Shown: in pieces, positions 34,659 to 45,594 of the stretch
Numbering within the stretch: position 1 is the first letter of the stretch
Layout: each line of letters begins with the position of its first letter
Assembly: GCF_902713615.1 (NCBI RefSeq)
Contig: NW_024055455.1
Coordinates: 1 to 47,024 of the forward strand
DNA: 47,024 nt
Direction of reading: 5' to 3'
Source: Scyliorhinus canicula
Lineage: Eukaryota
Made by a program: the position numbers and the translations under genes
Notes under the pieces: generated by a model
The model's database searches: none
What the model was told of the DNA's origin: nothing
Seen by the model: only the letters and a program-made list of their open reading frames with translations

Positions 34659-35849
34659 TTTGTCATTCTCGCTTCCTTCCCATCCTCATTCCGCAGTTCT
34701 CACTTTCTGAGTCGTCATCACGTATTATTAGCGGACTTGTTAGCTTTCCGTTTTTCTCTTAATCATACTGGCTTGCAATATTACACAAGATTTTCTCCGA
34801 CTGTGTTTCTAACCATATTCATTTATGATGCTCTTCACACCTTTAGGTTCTGCATTTTCGTTTTTTAATATTTATGTGCCCTTTCCTCTAACCCTCGGAA
34901 GTTAATGAACACATTAACAGCAGAGGATCATTGGGGCTGATGTCCTATAGCTGCCCCCTGCCATGCCACAGGAACAGATAAATGTTCCTGTTTGTCCTGC
35001 TGTCTGAGTGCGCCAGGACAGAAGCTGAGTGATTGAATCACCGCGAATCAGATCTTGAAAGGAACATTCAAATAGGAAAACGTGTGAACGGTGGCTGATT
35101 AAATATGTTTTAGGACCTGATGGAAACGGTGACATGTATGAAGTTCACAATTACCTGTTGGAAATGCTCCCCACACTACCAGGATGTGGAGTAACTGCAT
35201 TGCTGCTGTCCACTGTGAAAAAGCGAGTTGGATTTATTGTGAAACTGCACCCTCGATAATCTGCTTCCGTGCCTCAGGATGATCTCACCTCACTTCATTA
35301 TGTGGTTCTGTGAGGCCGGTAGATGGTGAACTGGCTGTGAGTGACCCAGAGTTCGGTAAGTTCACACAACCCAAATGCGGAGCAGCCACATAGTCGCGTC
35401 AGCTTTGTAAAGGGGGAGTTAGATATTTAACGCCACCCATTCAAAACTCAAAAATCTGATGGCGTGTCTCAGGATATTGTCACATCACTTCCTTGTGGCC
35501 CCAGTGGTGATGTGAGACCGATCGGTGGTGAGCGAGCTGCCAGCGAATGAAAACGTTCCAAGCTGGTTAACTTAACTCTGCTCACAATGCGCCGAAGCCT
35601 CGCTCTGTCTGGACTACTTCAGTGTGTTTGGAGTCTGAGGTCACAGTTACTGCAGTGAACCATACAAATACATTCCAACAGGGTGCGATAGGTACAGGCG
35701 CCCCTGAGTACTGTGATTGGAAAAGATAGATCAAGACAAGGTGTTTGTTATTAAGTAACACAAAATGAATTGTAATACTACGTGCCCATTAGATTGACCA
35801 CCCGTGCCGTGCTGGACGGAAGGGAATTGGCCACAGTTCTGTGTTCATA

Positions 35850-36187
35850 GATTCACATAATTTACAGGGCTGAAGGAGGACATTCGGCCCATCGAGTTTG
35901 CATCGGCTCTTAAAAAGAGCACCCTACTTATACCATCGCCTCCACCCCATCCCGGTGACCCAGTAACCCAACCTAACCTTCTTTGGGACACTAAGGGCAA
36001 TTTATCAAGGGCAATCCACCTAACCTGCACGTCTTTGCATTGTGGGAGGAAACCGGAGCACCAGGAGGGAACCCACGCAGACAGGAGGAGAATGTGCAAA
36101 CTACACACAGACAGTGACCCAAACCGGGAATCGAATCTGGGACCATGGAGCTGTGAATCAACTGTGCTAACCACTGTGCCACCATGT
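35850..36187 (-). mobile_element. V-SINE with CR1-type tail
   Basis: Head CCAACATGGTGGCACAGTGGTTAGCAC on the minus strand; V core present. Confidence 0.8.
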
Positions 36188-37096
36188 TGGCACATGGGGA
36201 GTGGGTAGGTTGGTTGTCCACAAGTTAAAGGAGATTAAACGGAATCCCAGGCACAGAAAGAAGTGCGATTGCCTGTGACATGGACACAGATTGTCATATG
36301 TCAGATTGTCCCCGGCAGGGAAATGGGACTGGTTGAAGGAAATGGGCAGATGGGGAAAGTACGATACAAAATTGGGCAAAATAATTTGGAAAAGAAACTG
36401 CAAAAACAGAGATGTCAAAGAAAGAATCAAACCACAATTTAATCTTTAAAAAACATATGAAAAACGAGGATTCTAGTGATTGAATGAAAGGGATATTACA
36501 TCAATGTATGTGTGTAGAGGAGAGTGCTGGTTCTCTCAGTGCGTCAGCTCAGCGACTGGCTGCATTCAATGCTCAGAGTGTAGCCCTTAGAATCAATCTG
36601 CAGCAGCAGAAGCCTCACACAGGAGCAGAGAGGAATTATTCAGGAGGTTGCCACATGGCAGAATCTAGTCACCCCCCCCCCCCCCCCCCAATACAGACAC
36701 ACACACTTTGTCTTTTCTACCCCTCCGCAACGGGTTGTGAGAGACACAGAGCGAGTATTAGTAGATCGGCTTCTCTAAACTGGGCAGAAACATGTTTGAC
36801 TGAGAGTTTGCCGCTGAACCGAGGGAATGTGCAGCTCACCACGACCGGCCTCACACCGCAGCAGGTTACACGGTGTGTGGGTGAGAAACGGCCTATTACA
36901 TTATGTTTGTCTGCTTTGTCTGCCGGTCGGATTGTTTTCTCGGCCGCTGCTGGAAACAGTTGGGTGGCAGTTTAATTAAGGTTAATTTGGTTTCCTCTCC
37001 CGTGTGTGACTGAGTGGCTGACAGCTCCGCTGCTCATTGTGGCTGCAACTGCCCGCGATCCTCCACATGCCTCAACAGACTCCAGTTTCCACCTAC

Positions 37097-37356
37097 AGTT
37101 TTTGTACAGGGATGATGCTGATTTTTATCACTGTGTGTCCCAGAAAGCGCAGTAATACACAGCGTCAGTCAGCTTCAGCCTCGACATACTTAAAGATCCT
37201 CTGTGCTTTTTTTTTCGTACAGCTTCTCAGCTTTTGTTTCAATATATCAGGCACTGGGTTATTGATTTTGTTTATGAAGCGCTTCTGAAGCCTAACGTGG
37301 ACATTTCACTTTCTATCAAATACAAACTTATTGAACATACCGTCAAACTGCACTCC
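37097..37356 (-). pseudogene. Internally deleted TCR (delta-like) V pseudogene with a near-perfect 23-RSS
   Basis: Acceptor TATTTCAG, FR1 remnant IESEMSTL, 3' end RGSLSMSRLKLTDAVYYCAFWD (ends 37136), then CACAGTG, 23 nt, ACAAAAACT (37135-37097). Stops lie upstream in frame. Confidence 0.85.
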
Positions 37357-37499
37357 CTGAAATACACAGCAATGAACTAAAGGTTTGCAACCAGCAAAGT
37401 GTCTAAGAATTATCACAACAGCTCAGTCTTGATTTCATTGAATCAGCGAGCAGCCTCAATGGGCCGAATGTCCTCCTCTGCGCCTCTGTCTTCTGGTCT

Positions 37500-38345
37500 A
37501 CGACACAAAATGGGTAGAAAAGCAAATTGTGGAGCGGACGTCGGAAAGTTACAAGGGGGCAGATGTAGGTTAAGCCGGTCAATAATCTGACAAATGGAGT
37601 ATAATTAGGGTAAATGTTTAATACTCCATGTTTGCACTCTGTAGTGTAGAGGTGTGTAGTGCAGAGGCGTGTCGATGCCTTAGTGCACGAATCACAAAAT
37701 TATAGGATACAGGTACAGCAAATAATTAGGAAAGCTAATAGAAAATGATTATGTATTTTGAGAGGAAATGATTGTAAAAGTATGCAGGTTATACTTCAGT
37801 TTTACAGGGCATTGTTGAGAGCATATCTGGAGTATGGTGTACTGTATTGGTCTCTATATTTAAGGAAAGATGTAACTGCGTTAGAAACAGTTCAGATAAG
37901 GTTTACGAAACTAATATCAGGAATGGACGTGTTGGCTTTGGGGGAAAGTTGGAGAGGTTAGAAGGGTATGCGGCGACTTGATCAAAATCTTTAATTCCTG
38001 AGGAGTCTTGACAGGGTGGATGTGGAGAGGATACTTCTTCCTGTTGGAGAATATGGAACTCGGTGCCACTGTTCAAATGGAGCGGTCAGTCATTTAGTAC
38101 TGAGATTTGGTGAATGCATTTTCTCTAAGAGGGTTATGAGTTTCTGTAACTCTCTTCCTCAGAAGGCAGGCGATACTTCGAATATTTTAAAGACAGAGCT
38201 AGATAGATTCTTGATTTATAACGGGGTGAAATGTTACCGGCGGTAGGCAGCAATGTGGGTCTAAAGTGACAATCAGATCGGTCATAATCTTATATAATGA
38301 CGAAACAGGCTCTAGTGGCCCAGCGGCCTACTCCTGCTCCTAATT
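37500..38345 (+). mobile_element. Old CR1 3' fragment
   Basis: QVILQFYRALLRAYLEYGVLYWSLYLRKD; CR1 3' end GGCCTACTCCTGCTCC. Confidence 0.8.
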
Positions 38346-38509
38346 CATCTATCCTCCTGTTTGCATGTATGTATGCCGCCATGTTCATAAATTGTTGGCT
38401 GGAACAGGGAATTGCTAACGTGAAAAAAGGTAACGAACCAGAAAAGAAACTACCCACTGGCTTGTCATGATGTCATGAAGTACTGTAATAATTCAACGAT
38501 TTTAAGGGA

Positions 38510-38878
38510 AGAATGAGATGCAGTGCAACTGGACTACTAATCGAGAGAGCCAGGCTAATGTCCTGCCAACACTGGTTCAAATCCGATTATGGCAGCTTGC
38601 GGAATTAGATTTAGTCAATGAAAGCTGGCCTCTCTCATGGAGACCACGTGATTATCATTGAGTGGTGTAAAGAACAATCTGATTCATCACTGTCCCGTAG
38701 GAAATAAATTTGCCATTCTGCCTGGTCTGGCCTACATGTGATCCAGAACGACAACCAGCAATTTGGTTTACTCTTAAACCCCCTCTGAAAAAGTAGAGCA
38801 ACCCATTCAGTTCAATAACTATTAGGGAAGGGCAGCAAATGTGCCATTGGTAGTGGCATCCACAGAATCTAAAAAAAA
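38510..38878 (+). mobile_element. Deu-domain SINE (SacSINE1-like)
   Basis: CTGGTCTGGCCTACATGTGATCCAG...TTACTCTTAAACCCCCTCTGAAA, resembling the Deu core; A tail. Confidence 0.65.
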
Positions 38879-40049
38879 CCTCTATAACTGTGAAGGAAAA
38901 CAACACTACGTTAATGTACTAAAACTTGAACTGACCCATCATCAAGTCGAATGCCTCCAGGAGAAATGTTTTCACATATTTTGACACAGGGATGGCCTTC
39001 ATCGTACTGTGTCGCACCAACACTGCACTAATTGGGCTGCATTCCGAACACATCGAGCAACTCAAAGCTGTATCTGGGTCATTAGCAGCAGCACAAATAT
39101 AGGCAACATCAATCTGTAACCTCATGATTTGGCATATTCCTGAGTTAACCATGGCAATCAAACTGGGACAAGAGGCCATGCCATGAGCAGCACCAGACAT
39201 ACCTAAAATTGAGGCATCTAGCTGCTGTAGCAACAAATAAGACTACTTGCAAGTCAATCTGCGGAGCATATAATAGGCAGAACAATTTTGTGACTGATAA
39301 CGTTTGTGTTTTAGAGGCTGCAACACTCCATCACTCAGTTCATTGGCGGGTTTCAAACAACACAATTAACACCAGCATATTGAGTATCGTTTCTAAACAT
39401 AAATATATCTGTTGAATGTCTGTTCCCTCACCATATTTGCATCGTTAAAAGAATCTGCGATTCTAATTGTATGTTTCACTGCATACTCGCAACAATCTCG
39501 CCATATTAGAACACAATAATATGATATTAAAGCCACCTGCTCTCGGAATGTATTCCACACAATAGTGTTAGTTATGGGCTACTTTAAACAGTTCTGTGCA
39601 TTGCATCAAAGAGTTGCTAATGCGGAAAGCTACCACAATAATACGATACCACATCATCATAAGTAATATCAATATATCATGAAAACAGCCAGATACAGAA
39701 AGTGGCAAATTATTCAATGTTGTCAGAATCTTTCTCTAGTTTGGAGTGCTTAGGTCGGCTATAAAACATTTCTAAACACATACTCTTCACGTTGTAGCTG
39801 AGAGTTTGCAGCAGACAGATGTCACCCAGGTTACGCAATGCAAAATAATCAATTGGCTGCTGATTTAAATTTACTCCACAACAATAGCATCAGAAAATTA
39901 ATTAGAGGTTCAAAACCAGACAGATATTTACCCTGGAGCAGGTGCTTTACTCCATCAGCATGTCGAAAACTATCAAAAGTAACATTGCATTTAAACTCAG
40001 AGAGCCCACTGATTATAATGGATCTCCGCATAATTCAAAGAATCTCTGC

Positions 40050-40365
40050 AATGCAGAATAAGGCCATCCATTCGGCCCATCGTGTCTGCACCAACCCCCT
40101 GAATAAACACCCCACCTCAACCAACTCCTCCTCCTCATCCGCATACCCCCACCAACCTTTGGACACTAAGGGGGAATTTATCATGGCCAATCAGCTAATC
40201 TGCACATCTTTGGACTGTGTGAGGGTACCGGAGCACCCGGAGTGAACCCATGCAGAGATAGGGATAAAATTCAAACTCCACACATACAGTGACCCAAAGT
40301 CGGAATCGAACCAGGATCCCTGGCACGGTTAAGCAGCAGTGCTAAGCACTGTGCCTCCGTGCCGT
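40050..40365 (-). mobile_element. V-SINE
   Basis: Reverse-complement head, core and CR1-like tail. Confidence 0.75.
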
Positions 40366-40442
40366 CCAATTGACAAACTAAAGCACAATTTAAGATAAAG
40401 ACGGAAATACAGCATAATTGTTAAGCTCGTGTATGTTCTTAC

Positions 40443-40490
40443 CTGCAGTCACAGTCACCTTGGTGCCATGTCCCCAGTAGTCAAGCGTAT
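40443..40490 (-). CDS. IGHJ: IgH-type J segment, intact
   Basis: AT ACG CTT GAC TAC TGG GGA CAT GGC ACC AAG GTG ACT GTG ACT GCA G, encoding TLDYWGHGTKVTVTA (WGxG motif), followed by a GTAAGA donor. Confidence 0.92.
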
Positions 40491-40529
40491 CACTGTATTA
40501 CATTTCCTGGAAAGGGTCACACAATAACT
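40491..40529 (-). other. J 23-RSS
   Basis: Minus strand AGTTATTGT, 23 nt, TACAGTG immediately 5' of J. Confidence 0.85.
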
Positions 40530-40853
40530 GGATCCTACATGCAATTCGGGCAAGAAACGATGCTGATTACAAAAATAACACCCGCAGCTAACATGAGATT
40601 TCCAGTGTATCAGAAATGTACAAATTGGCTACTTTCTTTGTTTATAAATTCGTCTATTCTCAGTCACTTCTAAAATTGAATGCTTCTTCAATATACCAAC
40701 TGATATGTGGATAATGATCCAACACTTATCTGTCTCTCTTAAACCCTGCAAGGAATTCCTTTCTTGATTACAACATAAACATTACTTCTCCACATGAATA
40801 GTGGACTCGTAATGGCGGCCAGTGATCCAGAATGTTTCCATAAATTGTCTTGG

Positions 40854-40924
40854 GGTTTTTGTGGAGACAATCAGTAGTGTGCTCCACTATCCCATACACA
40901 GTGACACGCACCCGCACAAATAAT
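40854..40924 (-). other. D segment (15-bp core 40882-40896) flanked by two 12-RSSs
   Basis: Plus strand GGTTTTTGT, 12 nt, TAGTGTG, CTCCACTATCCCATA, CACAGTG, 12 nt, ACAAATAAT. Minus-strand core TATGGGATAGTGGAG is open as YGIVE and WDSG. Confidence 0.9.
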
Positions 40925-41251
40925 GTATTCCCTTTCTGATCAACCTCTGACCTTCAAACTCCATTTGACGAGAACATTCTTTAACGTTAACGATTAGACA
41001 GTGTACATGATAGATTCACTCCTTCCGTCAGGAATGTATCGCCAGTCTGTCGACAATCTTTCAATAGCACAATGTTGGAATGTTTTCCCCTGAGTCTCCA
41101 AAGGGTTTGACGATAAATCATATACATCAAACAACATACAATTGTTTTGATTCGATCAATTTGCGAAGGAAAACTCTTTAGTTTCAGAGTCAGGCAGTAC
41201 CTGCTTTGGACGCTGATGTTGTGCTGGGAACGCTTGGATTGCCTCTCGTCC

Positions 41252-41290
41252 TGTTTTAGTCCCGGGTCAGCATTGGTTTCTCTCACTGTG
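41252..41290 (-). other. V 23-RSS
   Basis: CACAGTG, 23 nt, ACTAAAACA. Confidence 0.92.
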
Positions 41291-41735
41291 ACTGCCTCGC
41301 ACAGTAATAGATGGCCGCGTCCTCGGGTTTCACATTGTTAATCTCAATGAAGGTTGTGGAAGATTCAGTTGAAAAAGTGATTCGACTTTGGGTTCTGGGG
41401 GCGTAATAGGTGTCGTATCCTTTCCTATAAGCGAGTAAAGTCTCCAATCCTTGACCGGGTATCTGTCTAATCCAATGCATGTGATGTTGGTTGATATCGA
41501 ACCCACTCGCTGAACAGGACAGTTTCAGAGTGTCACCAATCTTTTTGGAGATGGAATCCGGTTGGGTTAGCATAATGTTGGCGCAGGTACCTACCAGGAA
41601 ATTATAAAGGAATAATTAAAGAGGCAACAAATACACCAGAATGCTTAAAATTGTAATGACTCTACGAGCAGTAAATCCGAAGCACTCACAAGTAAAACTA
41701 ACTAGTAACAAATAGAGGTACAGGAATCGCGTCAT
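41291..41735 (-). CDS. IGHV: IgH-type (IgW-like) V gene, intact: leader 41735-41690, V exon 41590-41291
   Basis: Leader MTRFLYLYLLLVSFT then GTGAGT. V reads NIMLTQPDSISKKIGDTLKLSCSASGFDINQHHMHWIRQIPGQGLETLLAYRKGYDTYYAPRTQSRITFSTESSTTFIEINNVKPEDAAIYYCAR. SGF, WIRQ.PGQGLE and YYCAR are VH hallmarks. The IgW likeness is from recall. Confidence 0.92.
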
Positions 41736-42099
41736 TATTCACGTTTTCGGTAAACTTTTCCAAACACTCGCAAAGATTCCCCGTCTAACTTCAAGCTGCG
41801 CGGTTCGCTATCTAATCAGGCCGGAGCCCAATGTGATGCTGGGACTGGCTTTCTTCTCCTTCAGTAACCTGGCTTCCTCCTGTGTTTCCTGTTTAAACAC
41901 CGCAGGTTGCCAAATGATAAAAATCAACCATGAAAAATCCAAGTCACCCAATATGATATTTAACTCAGCCCGTGGCAGCTGTGGTGCATTTGATGACACT
42001 GTTGCCTCTGAGTGAAAAAAAGATTCAGGTTCCACTCCACCAACGTCATTCAGTCGTACAGGACTGTGCGAAAACTGCAGTTACGGAGATCTGTCTTTC

Positions 42100-42282
42100 A
42101 ATGAAATGAAATGAAAATCGCTTGTCACAAGTAGGCTTCAATGAAGTTACAGTGAAAAGCCCCTAGTCGCTACATTCTGGTGCCTGTTCGGGGAGGCTGG
42201 TACGGGAATTGAACCGTGCTGCTGGCCTGCCTTGATCTGCTTTCAACGCCAGCGATTTAGCCCAGTGTGCTAAACCAGCCTT
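42100..42282 (-). mobile_element. tRNA-derived SINE with (CATTT)n tail (family distinct from HE1); partial copy at ~2310-2420
   Basis: AATGAAATGAAATGAAAATCGC...GTGAAAAGCCCCTAGTCGC...GCTAAACCAGCC. Confidence 0.7.
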
Positions 42283-42374
42283 TCCAGTCTTTCCCAAACC
42301 AGTCTTTCAATGAAGTGTAGATTATAATACTTCATTAGATTAGAAAACCCAAATCTTCTTTGCCTGTCATCAGG

Positions 42375-42530
42375 GTAGCACGGTGGCACAATGGTTAGCC
42401 TTGCTGCCTCACAGCGCCAGGGACGCGGGTTCAAATCCGACTTTGGGTGACTGTCTGTGTGGAGTTTGCACATTCTCTGTCCGCGTCCAAAGGTTAGATG
42501 GACTGACCATGATAAATTGCCCCTTAGTAT
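42375..42530 (+). mobile_element. V-SINE
   Basis: GTAGCACGGTGGCACAATGGTTAG head and V core. Confidence 0.8.
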
Positions 42531-43903
42531 CCAACGCCCTGCAATCAGGAAATAGTGTGAAACATTGTTTCCCATAAACTGGTCATTGGCTTAACACTGC
42601 AAGCATACCGGAGGACCAAAGAATATGTCGGAAAAAAACCTAACATAACACAAACTTGTTTAACATGAAGACAGCTTTCAATGACAACAATAGCGGATAT
42701 AATTTCGGCCTCCTTGAGGGAATCAGTGTTCCATCATAAAACCACAAGACACAGGAAACACAATAAATCGCACCACAGAAGTGCATACGTTTTTTTTTAC
42801 CTCAATGCGTTATTATAGAACCATAGAGTATTGTGAGCATCAAAGATTACCATTCGGCCCGTCGTGCACTTGCTGGCATTCTGGAGTAGTAATTCAGCTC
42901 GAACCACTTCCAAACACCGGGACACTGCGTTTTTGTGTTTTTTTTCTGATAACGACTCGGTTCCTATTTGGAAGTCTCAGTTAGCCTTTCATCCACGACA
43001 CTCTCAGGCAGTGCATTCCAAATTCTAACCATTTTGTCCATGGGAAATACTTTTCCACGTTCGCCATTGCTGCTTCTCTCTCTCCTGTGATTATCGATCC
43101 TTTTACTAGTAGGAGGAGATTCTCCCAATATACACTGTCCAGACCTCCATAATGTTGAAAACGTCTAACAAATCTATGGTACAATGGTCATAACAGCGAA
43201 GGTATAATGTTTATTGGTAGCAAAATGTATCTTTGTGTTAATTGTTGGAGTGGCCGGAACGTGGAAATCACTGCCTGAAAGGTTGATAGAGGCGGGAACC
43301 CTCACAACATTTAAGAAGCATTTAGATGAGCACTTGAAACACCACAGCTTGCAAGGTTATGGAAAAGGGTATTGGAATAGACAGTTTCTTGATGTCCGGC
43401 GAAGACACGATGGACCGAATGGCCTCTTTCTATCCTGTAAACGTCTATGACCCCATGACTCTCAGATTGCCGGTCTCCATACAATTTCCATTCACAAATG
43501 TGCCCGCGGACAGGAAAGTTTGCTCATTCCCGCGTAAACAATAAGAGTTATTCCGCCCCCACCTCCACCCCAACCCCGCTGGAAAATCTATAACACGGGA
43601 AATAATCGGAGAGTAAAGAACTGATCGTTTATTACTGAGATGAACCAAAATGCGTTCAGTCCAAGGGATGAGAATTGTTCTAATTCCCCAGCCCGGAGCC
43701 TTGTTGGCGTTTCCTCGTTGAACATGTATAAGTAGGACATAGACGCGTTTGGATCTCTCGGGGACTTACGGATATCGCCACAGATGCAAACGTGCAGTTA
43801 AGGCCGAACATCTTCCATAATCACATTTAAATTTTGCAGAGGCTCGGGTCGCTAGTAGGAGGAGATTCTCCCAATATACACTGTTCAGACCTTCATAATG
43901 TTG

Positions 43904-45594
43904 TACAGTAAGAAGTCTTACAACACCAGGTTAAAGTCCAACAGGTTTGTTTCAAACACGAGCTTTCGGAGCACGGCTCCTTCTTCAGGTGAATGGAAAG
44001 GCTTGTTCCAGAAATGTTTATATAGACACAGTCAGAGATGCCCCGGAATGCGAGCACCTGCAGGCAATCAAATCATCAAAGATGCAGAGAGAGAGGTAAC
44101 TCCAGGTTAAAGAGGTGTGAATTGTCCCAAGCCAGTTCAGTCGGTAGGCCTCTGCAAGTCCAGGCTTGTTGGTGGGGGCCGAATGTAATGCGACATGAAT
44201 CCCAGATCCCGGTTGAGTCCGCATTCATGCGTGCGGAACTTAGCTATAAGTTTTTGCTCAGCAATTTTGCGTTGTCGCGTCTCCTGAAGGCCTCCTTGTA
44301 GAATGCTGACCCGGAGATCAGAGGCTGAATGTCCTTGACTGCTGAAGTGTTCCCCAACTGGAAGGGAACAGTCCTGCCTGTTGATAGTCGCACGATGCCC
44401 GTTTATTCGTTGTCGCAGTGTCTGCATGGTCTCGCCAATGTACCACGCTTCGGGACATCCTTTCCTGCAGCGTATGAGGTAGACTACATTGGTCGAGTCG
44501 CACGAGTATGCGCCGCGTACCTGGTGGGTGGTGTTTCCACGTGTAATGGTGGTGTCCATGTCGATGATCTGGCATGTCTTGCAGAGATTACCCTGGCAGG
44601 GTTTTGTGGTGTTGTGGTTGCTGTTCTGAAGGCTGGGTAATTTGCTGCAAACAATGGTTTGTTTGAGGTTGCGCGGTTGTTTGAAGGCCAGTAGTGGGGG
44701 TGTGGGGATGACCTTGGCAAGATGTCCATCCTCGCTGATGATGTGTTGGAGGCTGCGAAGAAGATGTCGTAGTTTCTCCGCCCCAGGAAAGTACTGGACG
44801 ACGAAGGGTACTCTGTCAGTGGTGTCCCGTGTTTGTCTTCTGAGGAGGTCGGTGCGGTTTTTTGCTGTGGCGCGGTGGAACTGTCGATCAATGAGTCGAG
44901 CGCCATATCCCGTTCGTACGAGGGCATCTTTCAGCATCTGTAGGTGTCTGTTGCGCTCCTCTTTGTCTGAGCAGATCCTGTGTATACGGAGGGCTTGTCC
45001 ATAGGGGATGGCTTCTTTAATGTGTTTCGGGTGAAAGCTGGAGAAGTGGAGCATCGTGAGATTATCTGTGGGCTTGCGGTAAAGTGAGGTGCTGAGGTGA
45101 CCGTCCTTGATGGAGACGAGTGTGTCCAAGAATGGAACTGAATTTGGAGAATAGTCCATGGTGAGTTTGATGGTGGGATGGAACTTATTGATGTCATCGT
45201 GTAGTCGTTTCAGTGATGTCTCGCCGTGGGTCCAAAGGAAAAAAATGTCATCGATGTATCTGGTGTATAGCATCGGTTGAAAGTCCTGTGTGGTGAGGAA
45301 GTCCTGTTCAAACTTGTGCATGAAGATGTTGGCATATTGAGGTGCAAATTTGGTCCCCATGGCTGTTCCGTGCGTCTGGATGAAGAATTTGTTGTCGAAG
45401 GTGAAGACGTTGTGGTCTAGAATGAAACGGATGAGTTGCAGAATTGCGTCTGGAGATTGGCAGTTGTCGGTATTGAGGACTGAGGCTGTTGCAGCAATGC
45501 CGTCGTCATGGGGGATGCTGGTGTAGAGTGCCGAGACATCCATTGTGACGAGGAATGTTCCTGGTTCAACTGGTCCATGGGTGCTGAGTTTCTG
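43904..45594 (-). mobile_element. 5'-truncated Penelope-like element with a 12-bp TSD
   Basis: TTCATAATGTTG at 43892-43903 and 45627-45638; pLTR with hammerhead motif at 43950-43999. Confidence 0.95.
44137..45543 (-). CDS. Penelope RT + GIY-YIG endonuclease ORF (468 aa, N-terminally truncated, otherwise open)
   Basis: MDVSALYT, GTAMGT, RYIDD RT motifs; VVYLIRC...WYIGET...R..H..E GIY-YIG motifs. Confidence 0.93.
   Translation of the reverse strand: MDVSALYTSIPHDDGIAATASVLNTDNCQSPDAILQLIRFILDHNVFTFDNKFFIQTHGTAMGTKFAPQYANIFMHKFEQDFLTTQDFQPMLYTRYIDDIFFLWTHGETSLKRLHDDINKFHPTIKLTMDYSPNSVPFLDTLVSIKDGHLSTSLYRKPTDNLTMLHFSSFHPKHIKEAIPYGQALRIHRICSDKEERNRHLQMLKDALVRTGYGARLIDRQFHRATAKNRTDLLRRQTRDTTDRVPFVVQYFPGAEKLRHLLRSLQHIISEDGHLAKVIPTPPLLAFKQPRNLKQTIVCSKLPSLQNSNHNTTKPCQGNLCKTCQIIDMDTTITRGNTTHQVRGAYSCDSTNVVYLIRCRKGCPEAWYIGETMQTLRQRINGHRATINRQDCSLPVGEHFSSQGHSASDLRVSILQGGLQETRQRKIAEQKLIAKFRTHECGLNRDLGFMSHYIRPPPTSLDLQRPTD

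Noticed and set aside
35611-35660. J-like string GACTACTTC...GAGGTCACAGTTACTGCAG (EVTVTA) on the + strand
   Set aside because: No WGxG or FGxG motif in frame, no 12- or 23-RSS at the right spacing, and a poor donor. At best a decayed J.
36484-36975. 163-aa ORF
   Set aside because: Crosses a poly-C tract and a CA repeat; no domain or exon signature.
38919-39236. ORF containing LQIDVAYICAAA between the J and the downstream V
   Set aside because: Lacks the other Ig-fold anchors, an acceptor context and an RSS, so it is not a V or C exon.
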